Below are positions 39,355 to 49,326 of a DNA stretch of 64,000 nt, piece after piece; position 1 is the stretch's first letter, and every line of letters starts with the position of its first letter. Position numbers and translations under genes: made by a program. The notes below the pieces were generated by a model. It searched no databases, was not told where the DNA came from, and was given only the letters and a program-made list of their open reading frames with translations. This DNA comes from an uncultured Acidobacteriota bacterium (GTDB lineage: Bacteria > Acidobacteriota > Thermoanaerobaculia > Gp7-AA8), in assembly GCA_963741955.1 (NCBI GenBank), contig CAVUKB010000005.1, forward strand, positions 288,001 to 352,000, in the 5' to 3' direction.

Positions 39355-40886
39355 TTCGAGCTCGTCCACCTCATCAGAAGCGCTTCGGCTTCCCGGTACC
39401 GCCGCTCGGCGTTCGCCAGCCCGAGCTCCGAATCGATCCAGGATGCGTAGGCGTCGCTGACGTCCACGAAGGGCACCGCGCCGCCGAGGTACCGGCTCTT
39501 CGACTCGATCCACGCATCTCGCGCGGAAGCCGTCGTCGAGCGCAGCAGCTCGACCTCTCGATAGGCGTCCCGAAGCGCCGTCAGTGCCTGACTCTGCTGG
39601 AGGATGGCGTTCCTCTGTGCGACCGTCAGACTCTCTCTCGCCTGCTCCACTCCGAGCCGTGCCTGCGCGAGCCGAGCTGCATACGTCTTATCGCGAAGCG
39701 GAAGAGAGAAATCGACCGTCAAGGAGTAGCCGAGGTCACGCTGCAGACGGTCGACAGGTGTCGCGCGTGAACCGAGGTCCGGCGGAACGAGGTGCGCGGT
39801 GTCGGATCCCCACAGCCCGGCGTCCGCAGTCAGGTCGAGCCGGAAGCCGTGCTCGGCTCGCGTCTGGAGGAGCGCCGCTTCGGCCGATTGGATCTGGGCG
39901 AGCGCACTCGCCGTCTCCGGAAGCGTCATCGCGGGCGAGCTCGGAGATCCCGACTCTCCACTCCCCTGTCGCGCCTCTTCGTGCGCCATCGCCGAAGGCG
40001 AAGGAGGAGCGAGCGGCGCGCTCCCTCCAGACTCTGCCGGAGGTGCAAGGGCAAACGCGACACCTCCTCGGTGCGGAAGAGTGGAAGGATTCCCGGGAGC
40101 ATTCGTTGAATCGGATTGAGGAGAAGCTCCGGCGGGCATAGTGCCCGGCGAGACGAGTGGTGGGAGCGGCGCGAGATCGAGCGGCGCGTCGGGTGTACGT
40201 CCCATAAGGTCGTTCAGAATCTGAATCGCCTGACGCTTTCTCGCTTCGGCCTGGAGAATCGACGCTTCTTCCCCCGCAATTCGCAGATCGAGGCGGAGGA
40301 TCTCGGGACCGACCGGCATTCCCCCGCGGTGGAGGCTCTGGAGCAGAAGCCGGTAGTCGTGAAGCTGTTCCACCCCGGTTCGGCGCGTCTCGATCTCACG
40401 TTGCGCGTCGCGGGCGTCGATGTAGCTGTTGCGCACTTCGAGATCGAGATCGCACTCGGCGATCCGGTAGGCTGCTCGTGCGCCCTCGAGAGCGGCATTC
40501 GCGGCCGCGATCTCTGCCCGGCGTGCTCCGGCGTCGAGGATCGGCCTCGTCGCGATGACCTGAGCGCGCTCTTCGCCGAGGTTGGTGATTGCAGGATCGT
40601 ACCCGGAAGGAGGCGCTACGATGAGGTCCCCGCTGAACAACACCCTCAGCTCATTCACCGCGAGAGCTTCCCGCCGCTTCTGTCGCGCAATCGCGACGTC
40701 GTACCCGGGGAGACGGAGCGCGGCGTTGGCCTCGCGGGCGCTGCGGAGAACCTCGTCGAGTGTCATCGGTGCGGGGCTCACTTGCGCGGCGAGGGCGCCG
40801 GCGAAGATACTGAAGGCGACGAACGCGAATACGGTCGCCGCGAGACGGAAGGGAACACGGCGAGCCGTGTATGAACGAGATGGCAT
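39351..40886 (-). CDS. TolC-family outer membrane factor
   Basis: MTLDEVLRSA N-region and two OEP-like halves; operon with MFP and RND; start approximate. Confidence 0.8.
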   Translation of the reverse strand: MPSRSYTARRVPFRLAATVFAFVAFSIFAGALAAQVSPAPMTLDEVLRSAREANAALRLPGYDVAIARQKRREALAVNELRVLFSGDLIVAPPSGYDPAITNLGEERAQVIATRPILDAGARRAEIAAANAALEGARAAYRIAECDLDLEVRNSYIDARDAQREIETRRTGVEQLHDYRLLLQSLHRGGMPVGPEILRLDLRIAGEEASILQAEARKRQAIQILNDLMGRTPDAPLDLAPLPPLVSPGTMPAGASPQSDSTNAPGNPSTLPHRGGVAFALAPPAESGGSAPLAPPSPSAMAHEEARQGSGESGSPSSPAMTLPETASALAQIQSAEAALLQTRAEHGFRLDLTADAGLWGSDTAHLVPPDLGSRATPVDRLQRDLGYSLTVDFSLPLRDKTYAARLAQARLGVEQARESLTVAQRNAILQQSQALTALRDAYREVELLRSTTASARDAWIESKSRYLGGAVPFVDVSDAYASWIDSELGLANAERRYREAEALLMRWTSSK

Positions 40887-41001
40887 GCAGTGCGCAGACC
40901 CGCTCTGAACGGCGCCGTCACGATCGACCACGCTGCGGGTACGGGGTCGAGTGTCCGATACCCAAGCTGAACACACGATAAATGACCGTGGAGCGGGATC
41001 G

Positions 41002-41709
41002 ATGCGATTGCTGTTGGTCGAGGATGACGAACGAATTCGTCATTTCCTGAGAAAAGGTCTCGTGGAAGAGTCGTGGGCGGTGGACTTCGCCACTTCGGGA
41101 GAAGAAGCGCTCTACTACGCCAGCGTGAACGCGTACGATGTGATCATCCTCGACATCATGATCCCCGAGCCCGACGGACTCGAAGTCTGCAGGCGCCTTC
41201 GTGCCGACGGCTGCCCGGCTCCGGTGCTGATGCTGACTGCGCGGGACGGCGTGGGCGACAAGGTGGAGGGCTTCAACGCGGGGGCGGACGACTACCTGAC
41301 CAAACCGTTCGCCTTCGCCGAGCTGACGGCACGTCTCCGTGCACTGGTGCGGAGAAAATTCGAACAGCGGCCGGCGGTGCTCAGCGTCGCGGATCTGAGG
41401 ATCGATACCCGTTCGCGATCGGTATGGCGTGGCGAACGAGCGGTTCTACTGACGGCGAAAGAGTACGGGCTGCTCGAGTATCTCGCGGTGAACGCAGGGA
41501 AAGTCGTGACCCGCGGCGAGATCTACGAGCATGTGTGGGACGAGACGCTCGACCCGATGTCGAACGTGATCGAAGTGATGATCAACAGGATCCGACGGAA
41601 GATCGACTCCTCTGAACCGGTCAAGCTCCTTCACACCCGTCGCGGGGCCGGATACGTCCTCGCGCGGGAATCGAAAATCCCAGGGGGGCCGGAGCCGGCG
41701 GCACGATGA
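41002..41709 (+). CDS. OmpR-family response regulator (CusR/CzcR-like)
   Basis: MRLLLVEDD, LDIMIP, GADDYLTKPF, HTRRGAGY. Confidence 0.93.
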   Translation: MRLLLVEDDERIRHFLRKGLVEESWAVDFATSGEEALYYASVNAYDVIILDIMIPEPDGLEVCRRLRADGCPAPVLMLTARDGVGDKVEGFNAGADDYLTKPFAFAELTARLRALVRRKFEQRPAVLSVADLRIDTRSRSVWRGERAVLLTAKEYGLLEYLAVNAGKVVTRGEIYEHVWDETLDPMSNVIEVMINRIRRKIDSSEPVKLLHTRRGAGYVLARESKIPGGPEPAAR

Positions 41710-43178
41710 GATTGCCGATTCGCGTCTACCTCACCGCCTGGTACAGCATCGTCCTTCTCGCGACACTGGTTCTGTTCAGCGGGCTGGCATACCTCTTCAT
41801 CGGACGCCACTTGAGGACTCTCGCAGAGGCGTCGATCCGCGGCACGATGATCTCGTTCCAGTCGGCCGTGATTGCGGAAGAAGCCGAAGAGCCGGGCGAT
41901 TCTCGGGTGAAGGTTCTCCGAGAGGTGGCGGCCGATTTTCGATTCAGTGGATTTCAGATCGTGGTGTTCGATGCGCACGGCCGTCCCATCGCATCTTCCG
42001 GGAACCGGGACGGGCTTCCGGTCGGCATCGATCCGGAGATCCTGAATCTCGGACGAGGCCCCGCAGTGCTGCGACACCTGCACGGGGACGGCGCACGGGA
42101 ACGACGAGTGCTGGTGGGACGGACGACGTTCGGTCCGTCCAGCTATGCAACGGTGATCGTCGGCTCGCTCGCGGCGGAGCGGAGACTGCTCGAACTGCTC
42201 CGGACGGCCTACCTCGTCGGCATCCCTCTCGCCCTTCTGCTGTCTGCCGTCGGAGGATATCTTCTCGCCCGGCGCGGGATGACACCCGTGGCTTCGATCA
42301 CCAAGACGGCCGAGAGGATCAGCGCGCGAAATCTCGACGAGCGGCTCGAAGGAGAAGAAGGATCGGACGAGCTGGCGGCGCTGGTCAGAGTGCTCAATGC
42401 CCTTCTCTCGCGACTTCAGATCGCGTTCGAACAACAGAAGAGTTTTCTCGCCGACGCGTCGCACGAGCTGCGCACACCGATGACCATCATTCAGGGTGAA
42501 GCCGGCGTCGCACTTTCCAGGGAGCGGAGCGCTTCCGAATACCGCGAAGCGCTCGAGATCGTGCACGCCGAAGCAACGAATCTCATGCACGTGGTGGAGA
42601 ACCTCTTCCTGCTGGCCCGCGGCGACGCGAAGAGATATCCGCTCGAGAGACGGGCGGTCGATGCTGCGGAGCTGCTGCGCGAATCGCTCCACAGTCTCCG
42701 TTCCCGAGCAGGTTCACGGGATGTGAGCCTCCATCTTCAGTGCGATCCTGCGCTCGCGCTCTCCGGCGACGAAGATCTACTCCGCCGCATGCTGGTCAAC
42801 CTGCTGGACAACGCAATCCGTCACACCCGCGGTGGCGGTGTCGTTTCAGTGGAAGCATCGAGGAAGGGGGCCGACGTTCGGATCTCGATTCGAGACCAGG
42901 GCCCGGGCATTCCATCCTCGGCACAACCTCATCTGTTCGAGCGCTTCTATCGAGTGCGGCAGAATCCTCCGGGCGTGGAACAGGGAGGCGGCGGCCTCGG
43001 GCTCTCGATCGTCCGCTGGATCGCGGAGCTGCACGGGGGACGTGCATTGCTCGAATCGACCGGGGCTGAAGGCTCCACTTTCGTGGTGCTTCTTCCTGCC
43101 GGCGACGATTCACCCGAGAACCGGACCGGGGAGCCACCGTCGGCCACCACTCCGAGTATTGCGACGTCCAGGTGCTGA
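41706..43178 (+). CDS. Sensor histidine kinase (heavy-metal sensor type)
   Basis: Two TMs, HAMP, ADASHELRTP, NAIRH, DQGPGI, GGGLGL. Confidence 0.92.
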   Translation: MRLPIRVYLTAWYSIVLLATLVLFSGLAYLFIGRHLRTLAEASIRGTMISFQSAVIAEEAEEPGDSRVKVLREVAADFRFSGFQIVVFDAHGRPIASSGNRDGLPVGIDPEILNLGRGPAVLRHLHGDGARERRVLVGRTTFGPSSYATVIVGSLAAERRLLELLRTAYLVGIPLALLLSAVGGYLLARRGMTPVASITKTAERISARNLDERLEGEEGSDELAALVRVLNALLSRLQIAFEQQKSFLADASHELRTPMTIIQGEAGVALSRERSASEYREALEIVHAEATNLMHVVENLFLLARGDAKRYPLERRAVDAAELLRESLHSLRSRAGSRDVSLHLQCDPALALSGDEDLLRRMLVNLLDNAIRHTRGGGVVSVEASRKGADVRISIRDQGPGIPSSAQPHLFERFYRVRQNPPGVEQGGGGLGLSIVRWIAELHGGRALLESTGAEGSTFVVLLPAGDDSPENRTGEPPSATTPSIATSRC

Positions 43179-43413
43179 TCGTCACTGACCGAAGCGGTGC
43201 AGGATGCTTTCGGACCGTGCGGCACGTAAACGCCCGAGGAAGAGAGCGAACGCTCTCGACGTGTTGGGACGAGAATCGCGGAGACGAGCAACGCGGCCGA
43301 GTACGACGAGAGCACGTCGCACCAGTCGCCTCCTGACAGAGGATCTGATGCTGTTCCAAGCGCTGGATCGAGGGGACTGCCAGCCGAAGAGCTGATGATT
43401 CCAAAGACTCAGC

Positions 43414-44208
43414 CTATCGAGGATTTCGCGTGAAGACGTTTTCGAGCCGGTCGACCTGGTCGAGGATCGACTTCGCCACCTTCTCGGATTCCGTGACCGA
43501 GCTCGCAATCTCCAGTTTCTTCACCTCGGACTCGAACGCTTTCGCCTCACTCCCTCCGCCGTGACGTTCGACTTCGGGTCTGACCGAATCCCACCTCCGA
43601 CGGATCTCGTGGGCAGTCCGCTTGAGCGCCGCCTCATCATTCGCTGCTGCGTCCGTCTGGATTTTACGGCCTTCGTAATCGAGCAGAGACACCTCCACCG
43701 GCGTTGGAACGCTGTACCGACGCATCAGCTCTGCGGCCTGGCGGGTCATCTCGTTCGAGACGCTCATCGTTCCCAGACGATCCTGCTGTCGGATCTTCGT
43801 CTCCAGATCCGGAAGCGATGCGACGAGCGAGGGGTAGGCACCGCTGCTCGTCTTCAGATCGGCCGCTTTCGCTTCGGCTTGCTTCCACTGGCTGGTATAG
43901 GCCGCGTCATAGATATTCTCCGCGTACTCGGCAGAGTCGGTAAGGGACGAGGGCGGCGGCTCAGTGGAGTTCGCCATGGTCGAGGTCTGCGGAGAGGTCG
44001 GCTCGTTTCGGGTCGTGGAGGAAGTCGCCGTCATCGGCGGTGCCGCCGCCCTGTACGTGCCGGACGTTCCGACAGTCGAGGTGGATTCGTTCCCCTGCTT
44101 TGCGCAACCGGTCAAACCTGCCAGGGTCATCAACAGGAGCAACCCCGCCGTGCCGATCCCCACCAAGAAGTGTTCGAAGAGCCTTCTGCTCGGAAATTCT
44201 GGGGACAT
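43414..44208 (-). CDS. Hypothetical lipoprotein with Ser/Thr linker and helical bundle
   Basis: LTGC lipobox, AAAGGAG SD; AENIYD and LDYEGR segments. Confidence 0.7.
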   Translation of the reverse strand: MSPEFPSRRLFEHFLVGIGTAGLLLLMTLAGLTGCAKQGNESTSTVGTSGTYRAAAPPMTATSSTTRNEPTSPQTSTMANSTEPPPSSLTDSAEYAENIYDAAYTSQWKQAEAKAADLKTSSGAYPSLVASLPDLETKIRQQDRLGTMSVSNEMTRQAAELMRRYSVPTPVEVSLLDYEGRKIQTDAAANDEAALKRTAHEIRRRWDSVRPEVERHGGGSEAKAFESEVKKLEIASSVTESEKVAKSILDQVDRLENVFTRNPR

Positions 44209-44404
44209 CTCGTCCGCTCCTTTCCGTACCATTCTGGGAGATCCACCATGAACCGTGAATGACTTCGCAGATCGCAATCGTTCAGTGTGCGTTCATCTCG
44301 CGAAGCATGTAATCGATGCAGCAGGCATCCGGTCGTGGTCCAGGTGGGGCCACCTGCACCCGACGCCATTCCCGGTCGGACACGAAAGAGAGGGAGATCG
44401 CGCA

Positions 44405-45256
44405 GTGATCGTGAGACGCAGCTTGAACCTTCTTCTTGCAATTACGTTGACGGTGTCGGCCGCGTCGGCGGCTGAGCTCTCTCCGGGCGACTCGCAAGAT
44501 CCTTCAGTTCCGAGCGCGAGGTCCAGCCGGTCGAATCCCGTGGTTCGGGAGCTCAGACGCTACGAGCGCGACGCGATCTCCATGGCAAAGGCTCCGGCGC
44601 ACTGGGATCGCCACACGTGGCTCCGATTCGCCGAAGGGACGGGGGCAGTGGCGACGGTGTTCGCGGCGGACAAGCCTCTTTACGACGCGGTGCAGCGCAA
44701 CCGGAATCACACCACGGACGACTTCGCGAGAACGGTCACGCCGTGGGGAGCGAAGCGGGCGGAAGGAATCTCTGCGCTGCTCATCGTGGCGGGGAGCTGG
44801 AGCGGAAACGCGGAGATTCGTGATGCCGGGCGTGACTCTCTGGAGTCAGAGATCTTCGCGGCGGGGATCGTCACCCCGGTCATCAAGCGAATGGTGGGAC
44901 GCTCCAGGCCGATCCAGCAGGAGGGAACGCATTCGTTCCATCCGCTTTCGGGAGCTCACCAGAGCTTCCCGTCCGGACATGCAACCAACGCGTTCGCGTT
45001 CGCGACGGCCGTCGCCGCCCACTCTCACGGATGGCTGGTGCCGACGATCGTCTATTCGATGGCCACGAGCGTCGCGCTTTCCAGGGTGAACGACGAGAAG
45101 CACTTCCCCTCCGACGTCCTGGCAGCGGCACTGATCGGGCGTGCGGTAGCGAAGGGAGTGGTCTACCGTCACCAGCACGGGGCGGCGGCGTGGGAGATCT
45201 CTCCTGCGATGTTCGGTGACGCACCCGGCATTTCCGTGCACATCGTGGTGAGGTGA
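44405..45256 (+). CDS. PAP2-family phosphatase
   Basis: KxxxGRxRP, SFPSGH and SRVxxxxHFPSDV motifs; GTG start after GAGGGAG. Confidence 0.88.
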   Translation: MIVRRSLNLLLAITLTVSAASAAELSPGDSQDPSVPSARSSRSNPVVRELRRYERDAISMAKAPAHWDRHTWLRFAEGTGAVATVFAADKPLYDAVQRNRNHTTDDFARTVTPWGAKRAEGISALLIVAGSWSGNAEIRDAGRDSLESEIFAAGIVTPVIKRMVGRSRPIQQEGTHSFHPLSGAHQSFPSGHATNAFAFATAVAAHSHGWLVPTIVYSMATSVALSRVNDEKHFPSDVLAAALIGRAVAKGVVYRHQHGAAAWEISPAMFGDAPGISVHIVVR

Positions 45257-45392
45257 CCGGGGGTCCGAGAAGAGCCGGCTTGTTCATCGTCGAGACCATC
45301 AGGGAGAGGGCGTGCGGGCGTACTCCGAGCGGGCGCGTGGGGCGCCAGTGTCCCGCGGAGTCCGAATTCGTCGCGTCCGCTCGGTAGTCGGC

Positions 45393-45693
45393 AGATCGAG
45401 GGTCAGAGCTCGAGTCAGGGTTAGATCGAGGGTCAGAGCCAGCCTCACCCAAGGCGCGCGGATCGAGCGCGGGTTAGATCGAGGGTCAGCGCGGGTTAGA
45501 TCGAGGGTCAGAGCCAGCCTCACCCAAGGCGCGCGGATCGAGCGCGGGTCGAGGGTCAGGTCGAGGGTCAGAGCTTCCGGTTTCGGTCGACCATTCGGTC
45601 CGCAGATCGAGGGTCAGAGGTCCGATCAACAATCACCTCGTTCCTCCTCTCGGCCGTCCGAATATCGAGAAGAACTCGAGAGGCTCTGACCCC
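45393..45693 (+). repeat. Left REP array of the RAYT locus (AGATCGAGGGTCAGAG units)
   Basis: About eight GGGTCAG units, a ~57-bp direct duplication (45418 and 45493), and one inverted CTCTGACCCC at 45684. Confidence 0.8.
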
Positions 45694-45906
45694 AACTTTC
45701 GGTTCTCTGTGGCAGATCGTCCCTGGTCCGAGTGAAACGTGCCCCTTCTGGATGATCCGTCGAACGGATATGGACTCTACACATCGTAGACTTGGTGGTA
45801 CGCACGTTTCCATTCCGAGGAGGTTTTCGCCCAATTTCGAACGATCTTGCGTGTCGAGAACGAAAAGCCTCGGAGATCCGGAAACTCCGAGGTACGCTTT
45901 TGTCTC

Positions 45907-46944
45907 ATGAGCCGACCTTTACGGTGTGAATTCGAAGGCGCCTTCTGGCATGTGACGTCCAGGGGCAACAACTCCCAGGACATCTTTCTCGACGACTCGG
46001 ATCGACATAAGTTCCTCGAGCTCCTCGGCATGACGATCGGGCGATACAAGTGGATCGTTCACGAATACATCGAAATGACGACTCACTACCACCTGGTGAT
46101 CGAGACGCCAGAAGTCACGCTGAGCCGAGGAATGCAATGGCTCAACTCGCGCTACGTCGCGTGGTTCAACAAACGGCATGGCCGTCACGGACATCTTTTC
46201 GGAGGACGGTTCAAGGGAATTCTGGTCGACAAGGACGAGTATTTCCTCACTCTCTGTCGATACGTCTCCAGAAATCCGGTCGCGGCCGGAATGCGCAGAC
46301 ATCCGCAACAGTGGCGATGGAGCAGCTATGGTGCAAAGGCGGGCATGAGTACGGTACCCGTCTGGCTGGAGGTCGACAGAACGCTCGACATGTTCGACCC
46401 CAACGATCGTCGCGAAGCGCAACGACTATACCGGAAGTTCATTGATGCGCCATCCGCCGCGGACGACAGGATCTGGGACAAGGTGCGACATCAGGTCTAT
46501 CTTGGAGGCGAAGAGTGGATGGCCAGAATTCAGGCCGAGATCGACAGGAAGCCTAGAAGCGACGATCATCCAAAAGTCCAGCGTCACATCTACCGACCTA
46601 GAATGGACCAGATCATCGAGGCTGTCTCGGAAACCATCGGAATATCCGCGGACGAGATCCGCAACCACCGCGGAGAACCGGCCCGGGCAATCGTCTCGTA
46701 TCTGGCGGTCTACGAGGGAATTCACTTCCATCGTTCTGTCGCGAAGGAGCTCGGCGTGGGAACCAGCCGAGTGTCAGCCCTCGTGAAGGAGTGTCGCACG
46801 AGGATCGAGAATGATCCTGGATTCGCAGAGAGCGTGTCGGAGACGAGAAAACGTCTAGAGAATCGCCCCCCGACGGTTCCGTACGTGCTGCAGCATCAGG
46901 CAAGAGACCTGCTTCGCGAAGCGCCGCCATCTGCGTCGACTTGA
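45907..46944 (+). mobile_element. REP-associated tyrosine transposase (RAYT, Y1 HUH) with C-terminal DnaA_C/TrpR-like helical extension
   Basis: MSRPLR...WHVTSRGN, HYHL (HUH), GHLFGGRF, YVSRNPVAAG, WRWSSY; flanked by REP arrays. Confidence 0.9.
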
Positions 46945-47205
46945 TTCCTATCGGAGACCGTTGTCGAGCACGGCAACATCTGCGGTCATTCACGTCGCGC
47001 AGGAGCAACATCCGAATAGAAATGAATTCGATTGTTCTTCGCGACGCTCGCCGCGACGCCGGAGATTTCCTTCGAGCAGGCTGGCGCGATGCCGCTCGCA
47101 GCGAGTTCCAGCGCGCAACATGACCTGAAACGCCCCGTCGAGCCTCCGGCGATCTCCTCTTGACACGATTCGAAACCCACCCCGCCGGATTCCGCACCGA
47201 ACCCA

Positions 47206-47338
47206 GCTCTGACCTCGACCTCTTGCTCTGATCCGGCCCTTGCTTCCTTGCTAACTCAAGCTCTGACCCTCAGACGGCTGCTGACCCTCAGACGGCTGGC
47301 CTTAGCCGGCCTCGGGCTCTGACCCTCAGACGGCTGGC
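47206..47338 (-). repeat. Right REP array of the RAYT locus (CTCTGACCCTCAGACGGCTG units)
   Basis: Three CTGACCCTCAGACGGCTG copies plus degenerate CTCTGA units, inverted relative to the left array. Confidence 0.8.
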
Positions 47339-47385
47339 CCAGTCACTTCCGCCCAGGGGCGGGCCTTCTGATCATCAAAACTGCT

Positions 47386-48186
47386 TCAGAAGCCGAAACT
47401 CACTTTTGCGGCGTACGAGCGCGTCTCCGATTGCGTCGCTTCGATCACAATCTTCGGGATCAGAAGCGAGAGCCGCACACCAAGCGTGTAGCGGCCTTGC
47501 TGGAAGTCGTCCGACAGCGTCACCGGGGCGCCTCCGATGGCGGACGACTCGATGGTCCCCTTCGCGTTCGTCCGGGTGATTCCTGCTCCCGCATACGGCG
47601 TGATCGGACCGATCCCTTTGCTCAGAAAAATTTCCGCACCGTACGTCTTCAAATCGAACACGTCGACTCCCGAGATCTGTCCGTAGCTCGCGCGCACCGC
47701 GAGCGTCGGCTTTACCAGCCCGCCGTCAATGATCGGAACATCCAGCGCACCGCCGATCATCTTCACGTCGCTGTTTGGGATCTTCGCAAAAGATGCCGAG
47801 AGGGTTCCGAAGACGATGCCCTTCGATGCCACGATCCGCGGCACGACGAGATAGCCGCTGGTTGTCAGATCCGATCTCGAAGCGACCGAATTCACCCACC
47901 ACGCCTGGTTGTCGTCGATCGGAATCGCCGTCGCCGCAACTCCGACGTCGAACCCGAGGAGTCCCCCACCCCGCGCGGGATTGACCGGGGTCGGGAAGAT
48001 CGCCTGCGCAACCGTGGCCGAGAACTGGTGGAACTGATCCTGGGTGATGGCGGGATCGAACGTCACGTCACCTGCCCGTGCCACCCCCGCAAACAGCAGA
48101 ATTAGAAGAGCTGCGAGATGTACTCGTTGCTCAAAAGAAATCCTGATGGGGTGAAACCAACTCGATCGCCGCGCTGCTGCAGCCAT
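47386..48186 (-). CDS. Putative outer-membrane protein (DUF6588-like); start uncertain, overlaps the hemW 3' end
   Basis: GLLGFDVGV, GPITPYAGAG, C-terminal KVSFGF. Confidence 0.65.
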   Translation of the reverse strand: MAAAARRSSWFHPIRISFEQRVHLAALLILLFAGVARAGDVTFDPAITQDQFHQFSATVAQAIFPTPVNPARGGGLLGFDVGVAATAIPIDDNQAWWVNSVASRSDLTTSGYLVVPRIVASKGIVFGTLSASFAKIPNSDVKMIGGALDVPIIDGGLVKPTLAVRASYGQISGVDVFDLKTYGAEIFLSKGIGPITPYAGAGITRTNAKGTIESSAIGGAPVTLSDDFQQGRYTLGVRLSLLIPKIVIEATQSETRSYAAKVSFGF

Positions 48187-49235
48187 CCTTCGCTCGTTCC
48201 TCTTCGTGTCCATTCCGTACCCTCCCTCCCGGTCAGTTCGATCAGCTCAGCATACCCGATGCCCGCTGTCTGCCGAAGCGAGAGAAAGATGCGCTCCCGT
48301 CGCTGCTCTTCCTCCCCGAGGCTCTCGGAAAAGACCGTCGGGACCTTTCCCTCGCCCAGTCGTGCGATGTATTCACGGACCTCGCGAGTGTTCGCGAAGC
48401 GTTCCTCGCCCACGAATGAATGACTGCCGAGTCCGACACCGAGGTAGTGCTCACGCTGCCAGTATTTCAGGTTGTGACGCGATTCTTCGCCCGCCCGGGC
48501 GAAATTACTGATCTCGTAGTGCCGCAGCCCCCGACGCTCACTCTCCTCGATCGCATGGAGATACAGCTCCGCCGTCAACTCGTCCTCCGGCAGCGCTGTC
48601 CGTCCGTGTCGTACCTGCTTTTCGAGCGCCGTCCCTACTTCGAGGTCCAGTATGTAGAGCGACAGATGACCGGCCCCTTCGTCAATGGCAATCCTGAGCG
48701 ACTCCTCGAACGACCGCCGCGTCTGGTGCGGCAGCCCGATCATCAGATCGACATTGACTCGGAGACCACTGCGTACCGCGACCCGCAGCGCTTCGATCGC
48801 TTTCGTCCGCCCGTGCCCTCTTCCCAGCGGAAAGAGCTCGGGATCATGGAAGGACTGGACGCCGATACTGACCCGGTCGATTCCCAGCGTCTTCCATCGC
48901 TCGACCGCCTCCTCATCGACGTCTTCCGGATTCGCCTCCAGGCTGAATTCGAGCCCGTCCTGGAGCTGGTACGCGCCTCGGATGGCCGCCACAACCTTCT
49001 CCAGGCCTCCGGCGGACAGTCGAGAAGGCGTCCCTCCGCCGAAGTAGAGGGTCTCGACCCGGGCTCGTTCAGCACGCCGAAGCGCGATCTCGCTCACCAG
49101 GGCACGCACGTAGGCCTCTTCGAGCGACAGATCCGTCGAGATGGCAAAGGGGCAGTAGGAGCAGCGGATCCGGCAGAACGGAAGGTGAACGTAGAGTCCC
49201 AGATGGCCGGACTCGGCCGCCAGATCGAAGTTCAT
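48102..49235 (-). CDS. hemW: Radical SAM heme chaperone
   Basis: LYVHLPFCxxxCxYC, GGGTPS, EANP, YEISNF, HNLKYW. Confidence 0.92.
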   Translation of the reverse strand: MNFDLAAESGHLGLYVHLPFCRIRCSYCPFAISTDLSLEEAYVRALVSEIALRRAERARVETLYFGGGTPSRLSAGGLEKVVAAIRGAYQLQDGLEFSLEANPEDVDEEAVERWKTLGIDRVSIGVQSFHDPELFPLGRGHGRTKAIEALRVAVRSGLRVNVDLMIGLPHQTRRSFEESLRIAIDEGAGHLSLYILDLEVGTALEKQVRHGRTALPEDELTAELYLHAIEESERRGLRHYEISNFARAGEESRHNLKYWQREHYLGVGLGSHSFVGEERFANTREVREYIARLGEGKVPTVFSESLGEEEQRRERIFLSLRQTAGIGYAELIELTGREGTEWTRRGTSEGWLQQRGDRVGFTPSGFLLSNEYISQLF

Positions 49236-49326
49236 ATCGCTGTGGTGAACAACCTTCGACAGCCTCTGATTCGCGCGGGAGGCACTTTACGAAATTGAAA
49301 AGCGGTTCGCTTGTTATAATTGCGGT

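Noticed and set aside
46945-47205. Short ORFs downstream of the RAYT
   Set aside because: No motif, start signal or convincing coding pattern.
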